DNA of 64,000 nt from the human T2T-CHM13v2.0 reference genome, Homo sapiens: the NCBI RefSeq assembly GCF_009914755.1, contig NC_060945.1. One strand, 5' to 3'. Numbering within the stretch: the first letter of the stretch is position 1; every line of letters starts with the position of its first letter. Below the pieces are notes generated by a model. That model had not been told where the DNA came from. It worked only from the letters and a program-made list of their open reading frames with translations, and searched no databases. Shown piece by piece: positions 1 through 13,189 of this stretch. A program made the position numbers and the translations under genes.

Positions 1-1209
1 GAATGGAATGGAATTGAATGGAATGGAATGGAATCAACCTGAGTTTAAGGGAGTGGAATGGAATGAATGGAAAGGAACGGAGTGGAAACTAATGGAATGG
101 AAAGAAAACAACCCGAGTGGAATGGAATGCAATGAATTGCAATGGAATGGAATGGAATGCAATGGAATTCAACGTAATGTAAACAAACCGAGAGTAACGG
201 AATGGAATGGAAAGACAGGAAAGTAATGGAATGGATTGGAACCAAACTGATTACAATGCAACGGAATGAAATTTAATGGAAGGGAAAGGAAGGGAATGGA
301 ATGGAATGGAAAGGAATGGAATGAACTGGAATGGAATGTAAAGAAATGGAATTTAATTGAATGGAATGGAATGGAATGGAATGGAATTAACCAGAGTGGC
401 GTGGAATTGAATGGAATGGAAATGAACGGAATGGAATGGAATGGAAAGGAACGCAAAGGAATGGATTGGAATGAAATGGAATGGAATCATCTCTGGTGGA
501 ATCGAGTGGAATGGAATGGATTGGTATGGAAAGGAATCGAATGGAATGGAATGGAGGGGAAGGGAGTGGAATTGAATTGAATCGAATGGAATGGAGTGTA
601 ATGGAATGGGAAGGAATGGAATGTAAAGGAATGCAATGCAATGGAATGGAATGGAATCAACCGTGTGGAATGGAATGGAATGGAATGGACAGGAATGGAA
701 TGGAATGGAATGGAATGGAATGGAATGGTATGGAATCAACCCGATTGGAATAGTATGGAATGCAATGGAATGGAATGGAAAGGAATAAAATGGAATGGAA
801 TGGAATGGAATCAACCCGAGTAAAATGGAATGGAATGGAATAGAATGGAATCAACCCAAGTGGAATGGAATGGAATGGAATGGAAAGAATGGAATGGAAT
901 GGAATGGAATGCAATGGAATGGAATGGAATCAGATGGAATGGAATGGAGACAAGTGCAATGGAATGGAATGGATTGGAATTTAATGTAATGGAATCAACA
1001 CGAGTGGAATAGAATGGAATGGAATCGAGTGGAATGGAATGGAATTGAATGGCATAGAATGGAGTGGAATGGAAGGGAAAGGAAATAAATGGAATGGAAT
1101 GGAATGGAATGGAATGGAATGGAATGGAATGGAATGGAATGGGATGGAATGGGATGGAATAGAATGGAAAGAATCAACCAGAAAGGAAAGGAGTGGAAGG
1201 GAAAGAATG

Positions 1210-4200
1210 GAACGGAATGGAATGGAATGGAATGTTATAGAAGGGAATGGAATCAACTCGAGGGGAAAGGAATGGAATGGAAAGGAATGGAATGGAATGG
1301 ATTGGAATGGATTGCAATGAAATGCAATGGTATGGAATGGAGTCAACCCAAGAGCAATGTAATGGAATGGAATAGAATGGAATGGAATGGAATGCAATGG
1401 AATTGAGTTGAATGGAATAAACCCCAGAGGAATGGAATGGAATGACATGGAATGGAATGGTATGGATAGGAATGGAATGGAATGGAATGGAATAAACTGG
1501 AATGGAATGGAATGGAATGAAATCAAAAAAAGTGGACTGGAATGGAATGGAATGGAATTTAATGGAATGGAATCAACTGGAATGGAATGAAATGGAATGG
1601 AATGAAATGGAATGGAATGGAATGGAATGGAAACAACCCAAGTGGAATGGAATGCAATGGAATGCAATGGAATGCAATGGAATCGAATTCAACGTAATGT
1701 AAACAAACCGAGTGGAACGCAATGGAATGGAAAGGACTGAAATGTAATGGAAGTGATTGGAATCAAACCGATACCAATGCAACGGAATGGAAAGGAATGG
1801 TATCGAAAGGAAGGGAATGGAATGGAATGGAAAGGAATGGAATGAACTGGAAAGGAATGGAATGGAATGGAATATAATGGAATGGAATGGAATGGAATCA
1901 ACCCGAATGGAATGGAGTGGAATGGAATGAAATGGAATGGAATGCAATGGCAGGTATCAGAAACAACTGGAATGGAATGGAATGGAATGGAATGGAGTTG
2001 AATGGAAGGGAATGGAATGGAGTAAACCCGAATGGAATGGAATGGAATGGAAAGGAATGGAATGGATTTGAATGGAATGGAATGGAATGGAGTGGAATGG
2101 AATAGAATGGAATGGATTGGAATGGAATGGAATGGAATCATCCCGAGAGGAATGGAATGGAATGGAATGGAGTTTTCCCGAGTGGAATGGAATGGAATGG
2201 AATCAACCCGAATGAAATGGTATGGAATGGAATAGAATGGAATGGAATCAACTCGAGGGGAAAGGAGTGGATTGGAATGGAATTGAATGGAATGGAATAT
2301 AATTGAATGGAATGGAATGAAATGGAATCAACCCAAGTGGAGTGGAATGCAATGGAACGGAAATGAGTGGAATGGAATTGAACGAAATGGAATTAACTCG
2401 AGGTGAATGGAATGGAATGGCATGGAATCGAATGGAATCAACCCGAGAGGAATGGAATGGAATGGAAAGCAATGGAATGAAACGGAAAGGTATGCAATGG
2501 AATCAACTGGAATGGAATGGAATGGAATGGAATGGAATGGAATGCATTGGAATCAACTGGAATGGAATGGAATCAACTGGAATGGAATGGAATGGAATCA
2601 ACTGGAATGGATTGAAATGGAATGGAATGGAATGCATTGGAATGGAATGGAAACAACCGAAGTGGAATGGAATGCAATGGAACGGAAATGAATGGAATGG
2701 AATGGAACGGAATGGAGTTAACTCGAGGTGAATGGAATGGAATGGCATGGAATGGAATGGAATCAAACCGAGTGGAATGGAATGGAATGGAAAGCAATGG
2801 AATGGAATGGAATGGAATGCATTGGAATCAACAGGAATGGAATGGAATGGAATGGAATGGAATGCATTGGAATCAACTGGAATGGAATGGAATGGAATCA
2901 ATCCGGTTGAATGGAGTGGAATGGAATGGAGTGGAATGGAACGCAATGGAGTGGAATGGAATTGAATGGAATAGAATGGAGTCAAACCGAATGGAAGGGA
3001 ATGGAATGGTATGGAATGGAATATAATGGAATGGAATAGAAAGGAATGCTATGGAATCAACCCGAGTAGCATGGAAATGAATGGAATGGAATGGAATGCA
3101 TTCAACCCAAGAGGAATGGAATGGAATGGAATGAAACGGAATCAACCATAGTGGAATGGAATGTAAAGGAATGAAATGGAATCCACCCAAGAGGAATGGA
3201 ATGGAACGGAATGGAATGGAAGGAAAGGAATGAAATGGAATGGAATCAACCCGAGTGGAATGGAATGGAATGGAAAGGAAAGGAATGGAATGGAATGGAA
3301 TGGAATGGAATGGAAGGGTATGGAATCAAACCGAGTGGAATGGTATGGAATGGAATGGAATGGAACGGAATGGACTGGAATAAAATGGAATGGAATGGAA
3401 TGGAATCAACCCGACGGAAATGGAATGGAATGTAATGGAATGGAATAAAACCGAGTGGAATAGAATGGAATGGAATGGAATGGTATGGAATGGAATCAAC
3501 CCGAGTGGAATGGAATGGAATGGAATGGAATGGAATAAACTGGAGTGGAATGGAATTGAATGGCACGGAATGGAATGGAATTAACCCGAGTGGCATGGAA
3601 TGGAATGGTATAGAATGTAATAGAATGGAATGGAATCAACTCGAGTGGAAAGGAATGGAATGAAAAGGAATGGAATGGAATGGAATGGATAGGAATGGAA
3701 TGCATTGGAAAGCAATGGTATGGAATGGATTCAACCCGAGAGGAATGTAATGGAATGGAATGGAATGGAATGCAATGGAATGGAGTTGCATGAAATAAAC
3801 CCCATAGGAATGGAATGGAATGGAACGGCATGGAATGGAATGGTATGGATAGGAATGGATAGGAATGGAATGGAATGGAATGGAATGGAATGGAATGGAA
3901 TGGAATGCAATGGAATGGAATGCAATGGAATGGAATGGAAAAAGCTGAAGTGGAATGGAATGCAATGGAATGCAATGGAATGAAATTCAACGTAATGGAA
4001 ACAAACAGAGTGGAATGGAATGGAATGGAAAGGACTGAAATGTAATGGAAGTGATTGGAATCAAACCGATTCCATTGCAAAGGAATGGAAAGTAATGGAA
4101 TATGATACAAGGGAGTGGAATGGAATGGAAAGGAATGGAATTAACTGGAATGGAATGGAATGGAATGGAATGTAATATAATTGAATGGAATGGAATGGAA

Positions 4201-7200
4201 TGAACCCGAGTGGACTGGAATGGAATGGAATGGAAATGAATCGAATGCAAAAAAATGGAACGGAATGGAATGAACCCAAGTGGAACGGAATTGAATTGAA
4301 TGGAATGGAATGGAAAGGAACAGAACGGAACGAAATGGAATGGAATGGAATGGAATGGAATGCAATGGAATGGAATGAACAAATGTGGAATGGAATGGAA
4401 TGGAATGGATTGGAATGGGATGCAATGGAATCAACCCGAGTGGAACAGAATGGAATGGAAAGGAGTGGAATGGAATGGAATTGAATGGAATAGAATGGAG
4501 TGGAATGGAAGGGGATGTAATAGAATGGAATGGAATGGAATGGGATGGAACAGAATGGAAAGGAGTCAACCTGAATGGAAAGAAATGGTATGGAATGGAA
4601 TGGAAGGGAATGGAATGGAACGGAATGGAATGGAATGGAATGGAAAGGAATGGAATTGAATGGAATGGAATGGAATGGTATGGAGTCAACCCGAGTGGAA
4701 TACTATGGAACGGAATGGAATGGAATGGAATGGAATAAAATGGAATGGAATGGAATGGAATCAACCAGAGTGAAATGGCATGGAATAGAATGGAATGGAA
4801 TCAACCCGAGTGGAATGGAATGGAATGGAATGGAATGGAGTGGAATGGAACGGAATGGAATGGAATGGAATGGAGTGGAATGGAACGGAATGGAATGCAA
4901 TGGAGTGGAATGGAATGGAATGGATTTGAATGGAATAAACCCCAGAGGAATGGAATGGAATGGAACGGCATGGAATGGAATGGTATGGATAGGAATGGAT
5001 AGGAATGAAACGGAATGGAATGGAACGGAATGGAATGGAATGGAATGGAATGGAGTGGAGTGGAATGGAATGGAATGGAACAGAATCAACGCGAGTGGAA
5101 TGGAATGCAATGGAAGGCAATGGAGTGGAATGGAATTCAATGGAAGGCAATGAAATGGAATGGAATGGAATGTATTGGAATCAACTGGAATGGAATGGAA
5201 TGGAATGGAATGGAATGGAATGGAATGGAGTCAATCCGGGTTGAATGGAATGCAATGAAATGATGTTGAATGGAATGCAATGGAGTGGAATGGAATGGAA
5301 TGGAATGGAATGGAATGGAATGGAATGGAATCAACCCGAATGGAATGGAATGGAATGCAATGGAATGGAAGGGAACGGAATGCTATGGAAACAACCCGAG
5401 TGGAATGCAAATGAATGGAATGGAATGGAATCAACCCAAGTGGAAAGGAATGGAATGGAATGCAATGGAATCAAACAGAGTGGAATGGAATGGAAAGGAA
5501 TGGAATGCAATGGAACGGAATTGAAAGGAATGGAATGGAATCAACCCAAGAGGAATGGAATGGAATGGAATGGAATGGAATAGAATGTCATGGAATGGAG
5601 TGGAATGGAATCAACCAGAGTGGAATGGAACGGAATGGAATGGAATGGAATGGGAGGCAATGGAATGGAATGGAATGGAATGGAATGGAAACAACCCGAG
5701 TGGAATGGAATGGAATGGAATGGGATGGACTGGAATGGAATGGAATGGAATGGAATGGAATGGAATGGAATGGAAAGGTATGGCATGGAATGGAATGGAA
5801 TTCAATCAGCCCGAGTGGAATGGAATGGAATGGAATGCAATGGAATGGAATTGAAAGGAATGGAATGGAATCAACCCAAGAGGAATGGAATGGAATGGAA
5901 TGGAATGGAATGTCATGGAATGGAGTGGAATGGAATCAACCAGAGTGGAATGGAACGGAATGGAATGGAATGGAATGGGAGGCAATGGAATGGAATGGAA
6001 TGGAATGGAAACAACCCGAGTGGAATGGAATGGAATGGAATGGGATGGACTGGAATGGAATGGAAGGGAATGGAATGGAATGGAATGGAATGGAATGGAA
6101 TGGAATGGAAAGGAATGGCATGGAATGGAATGGAATGCAATCAGCCAGAGTGGTATGGAATGGAATGGAATGCAATGGAATGGAATGGAAAAGAATGGAA
6201 TGGAACAGAATGGAATGGAATAAAATGGAATGAACCTGAATGGAATGGAAGAAATGAACCTGAATGGAATGGAATTGAATGGAATTGATTGGAATGGAAT
6301 GGAATGGAATCAACCCGAGTGGAATGGAATGGAATGCAATGGAGTGGAATGGAACGCAATTGAATGGAATGGAATAGAACAGAATGCAATGAAATGGAAT
6401 GGAATGGAACGGAATGGAATGGAATGGAGTGGAATGGAGTGAAATGGAATGGAATAAACCCAAATGGAATGGAATGGAATGGAATGGAAGGCAATGAAAT
6501 GGAATGGAATGAAACCGAGTAGAATGGAATGGAAGGGAATGGAAAGGAAGGGAAATGAATGGAAACGAATGGAAAGGATTGGTATGGAATCAACATTAGT
6601 GGAATGGAATGGAATGGACTCGAACAGAATGGAATGGAGTGGAATGGAATGGAATGGAATCAACCCGAGTGGAATGCAATTGAATGGTATGGAATGGAAT
6701 GGAATGGAACCAACGCGAGAGGAATGGAATGGAATGGAATGGAATGGAATCAACCCGAGTGGAATGGAATGGAATGGAATAGAATGGAATGGAATGGAAT
6801 GGAATGGAATGGAAAGGAATGGAATGGAATCAACCCGAATGGAATGGAATGGAAAGGAATGGAATGGAACGGAATGGAATCGAATGGAATGGAATCAACC
6901 CGAGTGGAATGGAATGGAATAGAATGGAATTGAATCAATCTGAGTGGAATGGAATGCAATGCAATGGAATGGAATGGAACGATATGGAATGGAATAGAAT
7001 GGAATGGAGTCACCGTGAGGGGAAAGGAATGGAATGGAAAGGAATGGAATGGAATGGGAAGGAATGGAATGCAATGGAATGCAATGGTATGGAATGGAGT
7101 CAAACCGAGAGGAAAGTAATGGAATGGAATTGAATGGAATGGAATGGAATGCAATGGAACAGAATGGAATGGAATCAACCGTGTGGAATGGAATGGAAAG

Positions 7201-8280
7201 GAATGGAATGGAATGGAAAGGAATGGAATGCAATGGAATGGAATAGAATCAACCCGAGTGGAATGGATAGGAATGGAGTGGAATGGAATGGAACGGCATC
7301 CAATACAATGGAATCAACTAGAATGGAATGGAATGGAATGGAATGGAACGGAATCAACCTGAGTGGAATGGAATGGAATGCAGTGGAATGAATGGAATGC
7401 AATGGAATTGAACTAATGGAATGGAATTGAAACAACCCGAGTGGATTGGAATGCAATGTAATGGAATGGAATAGAATGGAATGGAATCAATCCGGGTTGA
7501 ATGGAATGGAATGGAATGGAGTGGAATAGAATGGAATGGAGTGGAATGGAATGGAATGGAACGGAATATACCCGAATATAATGTAATGGAATGGAAAGAA
7601 ATGGAATCAAGAAGAATGGAATGCAATGGATTGGAATGGAATGAAATGGAATGGAATGGAACGGAATAAACACGAGTGGAATGGAATGGAGTGGAATGGA
7701 ATGGAATGGAAAGGAATGGAATCAACCCTAGTGGAATGCTATGGAATGGAATAGAATGGAATGGAATGGAATGGAATAAAATGGTTTGGAATGGAATGGC
7801 ATCAACCCCAGTGAAATGGAATGGAATGGAATGGAATGGAACCAACCCGAGTGGAATGGAATGGAATGCAATGGAACGGAATGGAATCCACCCAAGTGGA
7901 ATGGAATGCAATGGAATGGAACGGAATGGAATGGAATGGAATGGAATGGAACCAACTGGAATGAAACGAATGGAATGGAATGGAAATGAATGGAATGGAA
8001 TGCAATCAACTGGAATGGAATGGAATGGAATGGAATGGAATGGAATGGAAAGGAATGGAATGGAATCAACCCGAATGGAATGGAATGGAATGGAATGGAA
8101 AGGAATGGAATAGATTTGAATGGAATGGAATGGAATCAACCCGAGAGGAATGGAGTGGAATGGAATAGAGTTATCCCGAGTGGAATGGAATGGAATGGAA
8201 TCAACCCGAGTGCAATGGAATGCAATGAAATGGAATGGAATGGAATGGAAAGGAATTAACGAGAGTGGCATGGAATGGAA
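1210..8280 (+). repeat. ~7-kb diverged block, copy 1 (paralogue at ~20220-27000)
   Basis: Collinear rare landmarks (this copy / paralogue): ATGTTATAGAAGGG 1232/20245; CAATCCGGTTGAATGGAG ~2899/21946; CCCGAGTAGCATGGAAATG 3061/22108; AAAAGCTGAAGTGG ~3940/23052; GAACAAATGTGG ~4377/23469; AGTCACCGTGAGGGG 7008/25676; TTAACGAGAGTGGCATGG ~8256/26980. Confidence 0.85.
5500..6160 (+). repeat. ~325-bp tandem duplication
   Basis: TTGAAAGG..CAACCCAAGAGG 5521/5851; TGTCATGGAATGGAG 5586/5911; TGGGAGGCAA 5651/5976; TGGGATGGAC 5721/6041. Confidence 0.85.
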
Positions 8281-9334
8281 TGGAATAGAATGGTATGGAA
8301 TGGAATGGAATGGAATCAGCCCGAGTGGAATGGAATGGAATGGAATGCAATGGAATGGAATGGATAGTAATGGAATGGAACAGAATGGAATGGAATAAAA
8401 TGGAATGAACCCGAATAGAATGGAAGGAATAAACGCGAGTGGAATGGAATGGAATGGAATGGAAGGGAATGGAATGGAATGGAATCAAACCGAGTGGAAT
8501 GTAATGGAAGGGAAAGGAATGAAAAGGAATGGAATGGATTGGTATGGAATCAACATTAGTGGAATAGAATGGAATGGACTGGAATGGAACAGAATGGAAT
8601 GGAATAAAATGGAATGGAATGCAATGGAATCAACAAGAATGAAATGGACTGTAATGGAATGGAATGGAATCAACCCGTGTGGAATGGAATGGAATGGAAT
8701 GGAATGGAATCAACCCTAGGGGAAGGGAAGCGAAAGGAATGGAATGGAATGGAATGGAATGGAATCAACCCGAGTGCAATGGAATGCAATGAAATGGAAT
8801 GGAATGGAATGGAAAGGAATTAACGAGAGTGGCATGGAATGGAATGGAATAGAATGGTATGGAATGGAATGGAATGGAATCAGCCCGAGTGGAATGGAAT
8901 GGAATGGAATGCAATGGAATGGAATGGATAGTAATGGAATGGAACAGAATGGAATGGAATAAAATGGAATGAACCCGAATAGAATGGAAGGAATAAACGC
9001 GAGTGGAATGGAATGGAATGGAATGGAAGGGAATGGAATGGAATGGAATCAAACCGAGTGGAATGTAATGGAAGGGAAAGGAATGAAAAGGAATGGAATG
9101 GATTGGTATGGAATCAACATTAGTGGAATAGAATGGAATGGACTGGAATGGAACAGAATGGAATGGAATAAAATGGAATGGAATGCAATGGAATCAACAA
9201 GAATGAAATGGACTGTAATGGAATGGAATGGAATCAACCCGTGTGGAATGGAATGGAATGGAATGGAATGGAATCAACCCTAGGGGAAGGGAAGCGAAAG
9301 GAATGGAATGGAATGGAATGGAATGGAATCAACC
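8181..9334 (+). repeat. 564-bp apparently identical tandem duplication
   Basis: Three ORF pairs have identical translations at an exact offset of 564 (8201/8765, 8405/8969, 8485/9049). The rare motif CAACCCTAGGGGAAGGGAAGCGAAAGG occurs at 8711 and 9275. Confidence 0.95.
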
Positions 9335-11949
9335 CAAGTGGAATGTAATGGAACGCAGTGGAATGGAATGGAACGGTATGGAATGGAATAGAATGGAATG
9401 GAGGCAACTCGAGGGGAAAGGAATGGAATGGAAAGGAATGGAATGGAATGAATAGGAATGGAATGCAATGGAATGCAATGGTATGGAATGGAGTCAAACA
9501 GAGAGGAATGTAATGGAATGGAATTGAATGGAATGGAATGGAATGCAATGGAATGGAATGGAATGGAATCAACCGTGTGGAATGGAATGGAATGGAATGG
9601 AATGGAATGGAATGGAATGGAATCAACTCGATTGGAATGGAATGGAATGGAATGGAATGGAATGGAATGGAATGGAATGGAATGGAATCACCCCGAGTGG
9701 AATGGATTGGAATGGAGTGGAATGGAATGGAAAGGCATCCAATACAATGGAATCAACTAGAATGGAATGCAATGGAATGGAATAGAACGGAATCAACCTG
9801 AGTGGAATGGAATGGAATGGAGTGGAATGAATGGAATGCAATGGAATGGAAACTAATGGAATGGAATTGAAACAACCCGAGAGGAATGGAATGCAATGGA
9901 ATGGAATGGAATGGAATCAATTCGGGTTGAATGGAATGGAATGGAATGGAGTGGAATGGAATGGAATGGAGTGGAATGGACTGGAATGGAGTGGAATGGG
10001 ATGCAATGAAACAGAATGGATTGCAACGGAATCAACCCGATTGAAATGGAATGGTATGGAATGGAAAGGAATGGAATCAAAAAGAGTGTAATGCAATGGA
10101 TTGGAATGGAATGGAATGAAAAGGAATGGAATCAACACGAGTGGAATGGAATGGAATGGAATGGAAAGGAATGGAATGGAATGGAAAGGAATGGAATGGA
10201 ATGGAATAAAATGGATTGGAATGAAATGGCATCAACCCCAGTGAAATGGAATGGAACGGAATGAAAAGGAATCAACCCGAGTGGAATGGAATGGAATGCA
10301 ATGGAATGGAATGGAATCAACCCAAGTGGAATGGAAAGGAATGGAATGGAATGGAATGGAATGGAATGGAATGGAATGGAATGGAAAGCAATGGACTCAA
10401 CTGGATTGGAATGGAATGGAATGGAATGGAATCGAATGAAATGGAATGGAATGGATTGGAATGGAAAGAAATTCAACGGAATGGATTCAACCAGAATGGA
10501 ATGGAATGGAATGGAATGCGATGGAATGGATTGGAATTCAATGGAATCAAATGGAATGGTACAAATGGAATGGAATGGAATGGAATGGAATTGAATGGAA
10601 TCAACTGGAATGGAATGGAATGAAATGGAATGGAATGGAATGGAAAGGAATGGAATGGAATCAACCCCAATGGAATGGAATAGAATGGAATGGAAAGGAA
10701 TGCAATGGATTTGAATGGAATGGTATCAAATGGAATGGAATGGAATGGAATGGAATAGAATGGAATGGATTGGAATGGAATGCAATGGAATTAACCCGAG
10801 AGGAATGGAATGGAATGGAATGGAGTTATCCCGAATGGAATGGAATGGAATGGAATGGAATGGAATGGAATGGAATGGAATGGAATTAACCAGAGTGGCA
10901 TGGAATGGAATGGAATGGAATGGTATGGAATGGAATAGAATGGAATGGAATCAACTCGAGGGGAAAGGAATGGATTGGAAAGTATTGGAAGGGAATGGAA
11001 AGGAATGGAATGCAATGGAATACAATGGTATGGAAAGTAGACACCGTGAGAGGAATGGAATGAAATGGAATTGAATGGAATGGAATGAAATGCAATCGAA
11101 TGGAGTCGAATGGAATAAAACCAAGAGGAATGGAATGGAATGGAATGGAATGGAATGCAATGGAGAGGAATGGAAGGAAATGGAATGGAATGGAATGGAT
11201 AGTAATGTAACAGAACAGAATGGAATGGAATCAAACACAGTGGAATGGAAAGGAATGGAATGGAATGGAATGGAATGGAATGCAAACAACTGGAATGGAA
11301 TGAAATGGAATGGAATGGAATGGAATGCAATGGAATGGAATGGAATCAACCCGAGTGGAATGCAAAGGAATGGAAAGGAATGGAATGGAATGGAATGGAA
11401 TGGAATGGAATCAACCCTATTGGAATGGATTGGAGTGGAGTGGAATGGAATGGAACGGCATCGAATGCAGTGGAATCAACTAGAAGGGAATGGAATGGAA
11501 TAGAATGGAATGGAATGGAACGGAATCAACCTGAGTGGAATGGAATGGAATGGAATGGAATAGAATGGAATGGAAGGAATGGAATGCAATGAATGGAAAC
11601 TAATGGAATGGAATGGAAACAACCCGAGTGGAATGGAATGCAATGGAATGCAATGGAATGGAATGGAATGGAAGGGAATGGAATGGAATGGAGTTCAACA
11701 TAATAGAACCAAACCAAGTGGAATGGAATGGAATGGAAAACACTGAAATGTAATGGAATGGATTGGAATAACCAGATTCAAATGCAATGGAATGGAATGG
11801 AATTGAACGGAATGGAATGGGATGGAAAGGAATGGAATGAACTGGAATGGAATGGAAGGGAATGGAATATAATTGAATGGAATGGAATGGAATCAATCCG
11901 GGTTGAATGGAATGGAATGGAATGGAGTGGAATGGAGTGAAATGGAATG

Positions 11950-13130
11950 GAATCAACCCGAGTGGAATGGAATGGAATGGAATGGAAGGGAATGAAATGG
12001 AATGGAATGAAACTGAGTAGAATGAAATGGAATGGAATGGAAAGGAAGGGAAATGAATGGAAACGAAAGGAAAGGATTGGTATGGAATCAACATTAGTGG
12101 AATGGAATGGAATGTAATGGAACAGAATGGAATGGAGTGGAATGGAATGGAATGGAATCAACCCGAGTGGAATGGAATTGAATGGTATGGAATGGAATGG
12201 AATTGGATCAACCCGAGTGGAATGGAATGGAATGGAATGGAATGGAATGGAATGGAATGGAATCAACCCGAGTTGAATGGAATAGAAAGGAATGGAATGG
12301 AACGGAATGGAATGGAATGGAATGGAATCAACCCGAGTGGAATGGAATGGAATAGAATGGAATTGAGTCAACCCGAATGGAATGGAATGCAATGCAATGG
12401 AATGGAATTGAACGGTATGGAATGGAATAGAATGGAATGGAGTCACCGTGAGGGGAAAGGAATGGAATGGAAAGGAATGCAATGGAATGGGAAGGAATGG
12501 AATGCAATGGAATGGATTGGTATGGAATGGAGTAAAACCGAGAGGAATGTAACGGAATGGAATTGAAAGGAATGGAATGGAATGGAATCAACCGTGTGGA
12601 ATGGAATGGAAAGGAATGGAATGGAATGGAATGGAATGGAATGGAATGGAATGGAATGCAATGGAATGGAATGGAATCAACTCGATTGGAATGGAATGGA
12701 ATGTAATGGAATCAACCCGAGTGGAATGGATTGGAATGGAGTGGAATGGAATGGAACTGCATCCAATACAATGGAATCAACTAGAATGGAATGGAATGGA
12801 ATGGAATGGAATGGAATGGAATGGAATGGAACGGAATCAACCTGAGTGGAATGGAATGGAATGCAGTGGAATGAATGGAATGCAATGGAATTGAAACTAA
12901 TGGAATGGAATTGAAACAACCCGAGTGGATTGGAATGCAATGGAATGGAATGGAATAGAATGGAATGCAATCAATCCGGGTTGAATGGAATGGAATGCAA
13001 TGGAGTGGAATAGAATGGAATGGAGTGGAATGGAATGGAATGGAATGCAAGGAAATGGAATGGAATGGAACGGAAAGTACCCGAATGGAATGTAATGGAA
13101 TGGAAAGAAATGGAATCAACAAGAGTGGAA
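11950..13130 (+). repeat. ~1.2-kb third copy of the segment at ~6480-7620 and ~25180-26280
   Basis: AGGAAGGGAAATGAATGGAAACGAA at ~6545/12043/25243; AGTCACCGTGAGGGG at 7008/12441/25676; ATCCAATACAATGGAATCAACTAG at ~7298/12761/25986. Confidence 0.8.
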
Positions 13131-13189
13131 TTCAATGGATTGCTAAGGTATGGAATGGAATGGAATGGAATGGAATGGAATGGAATCAA

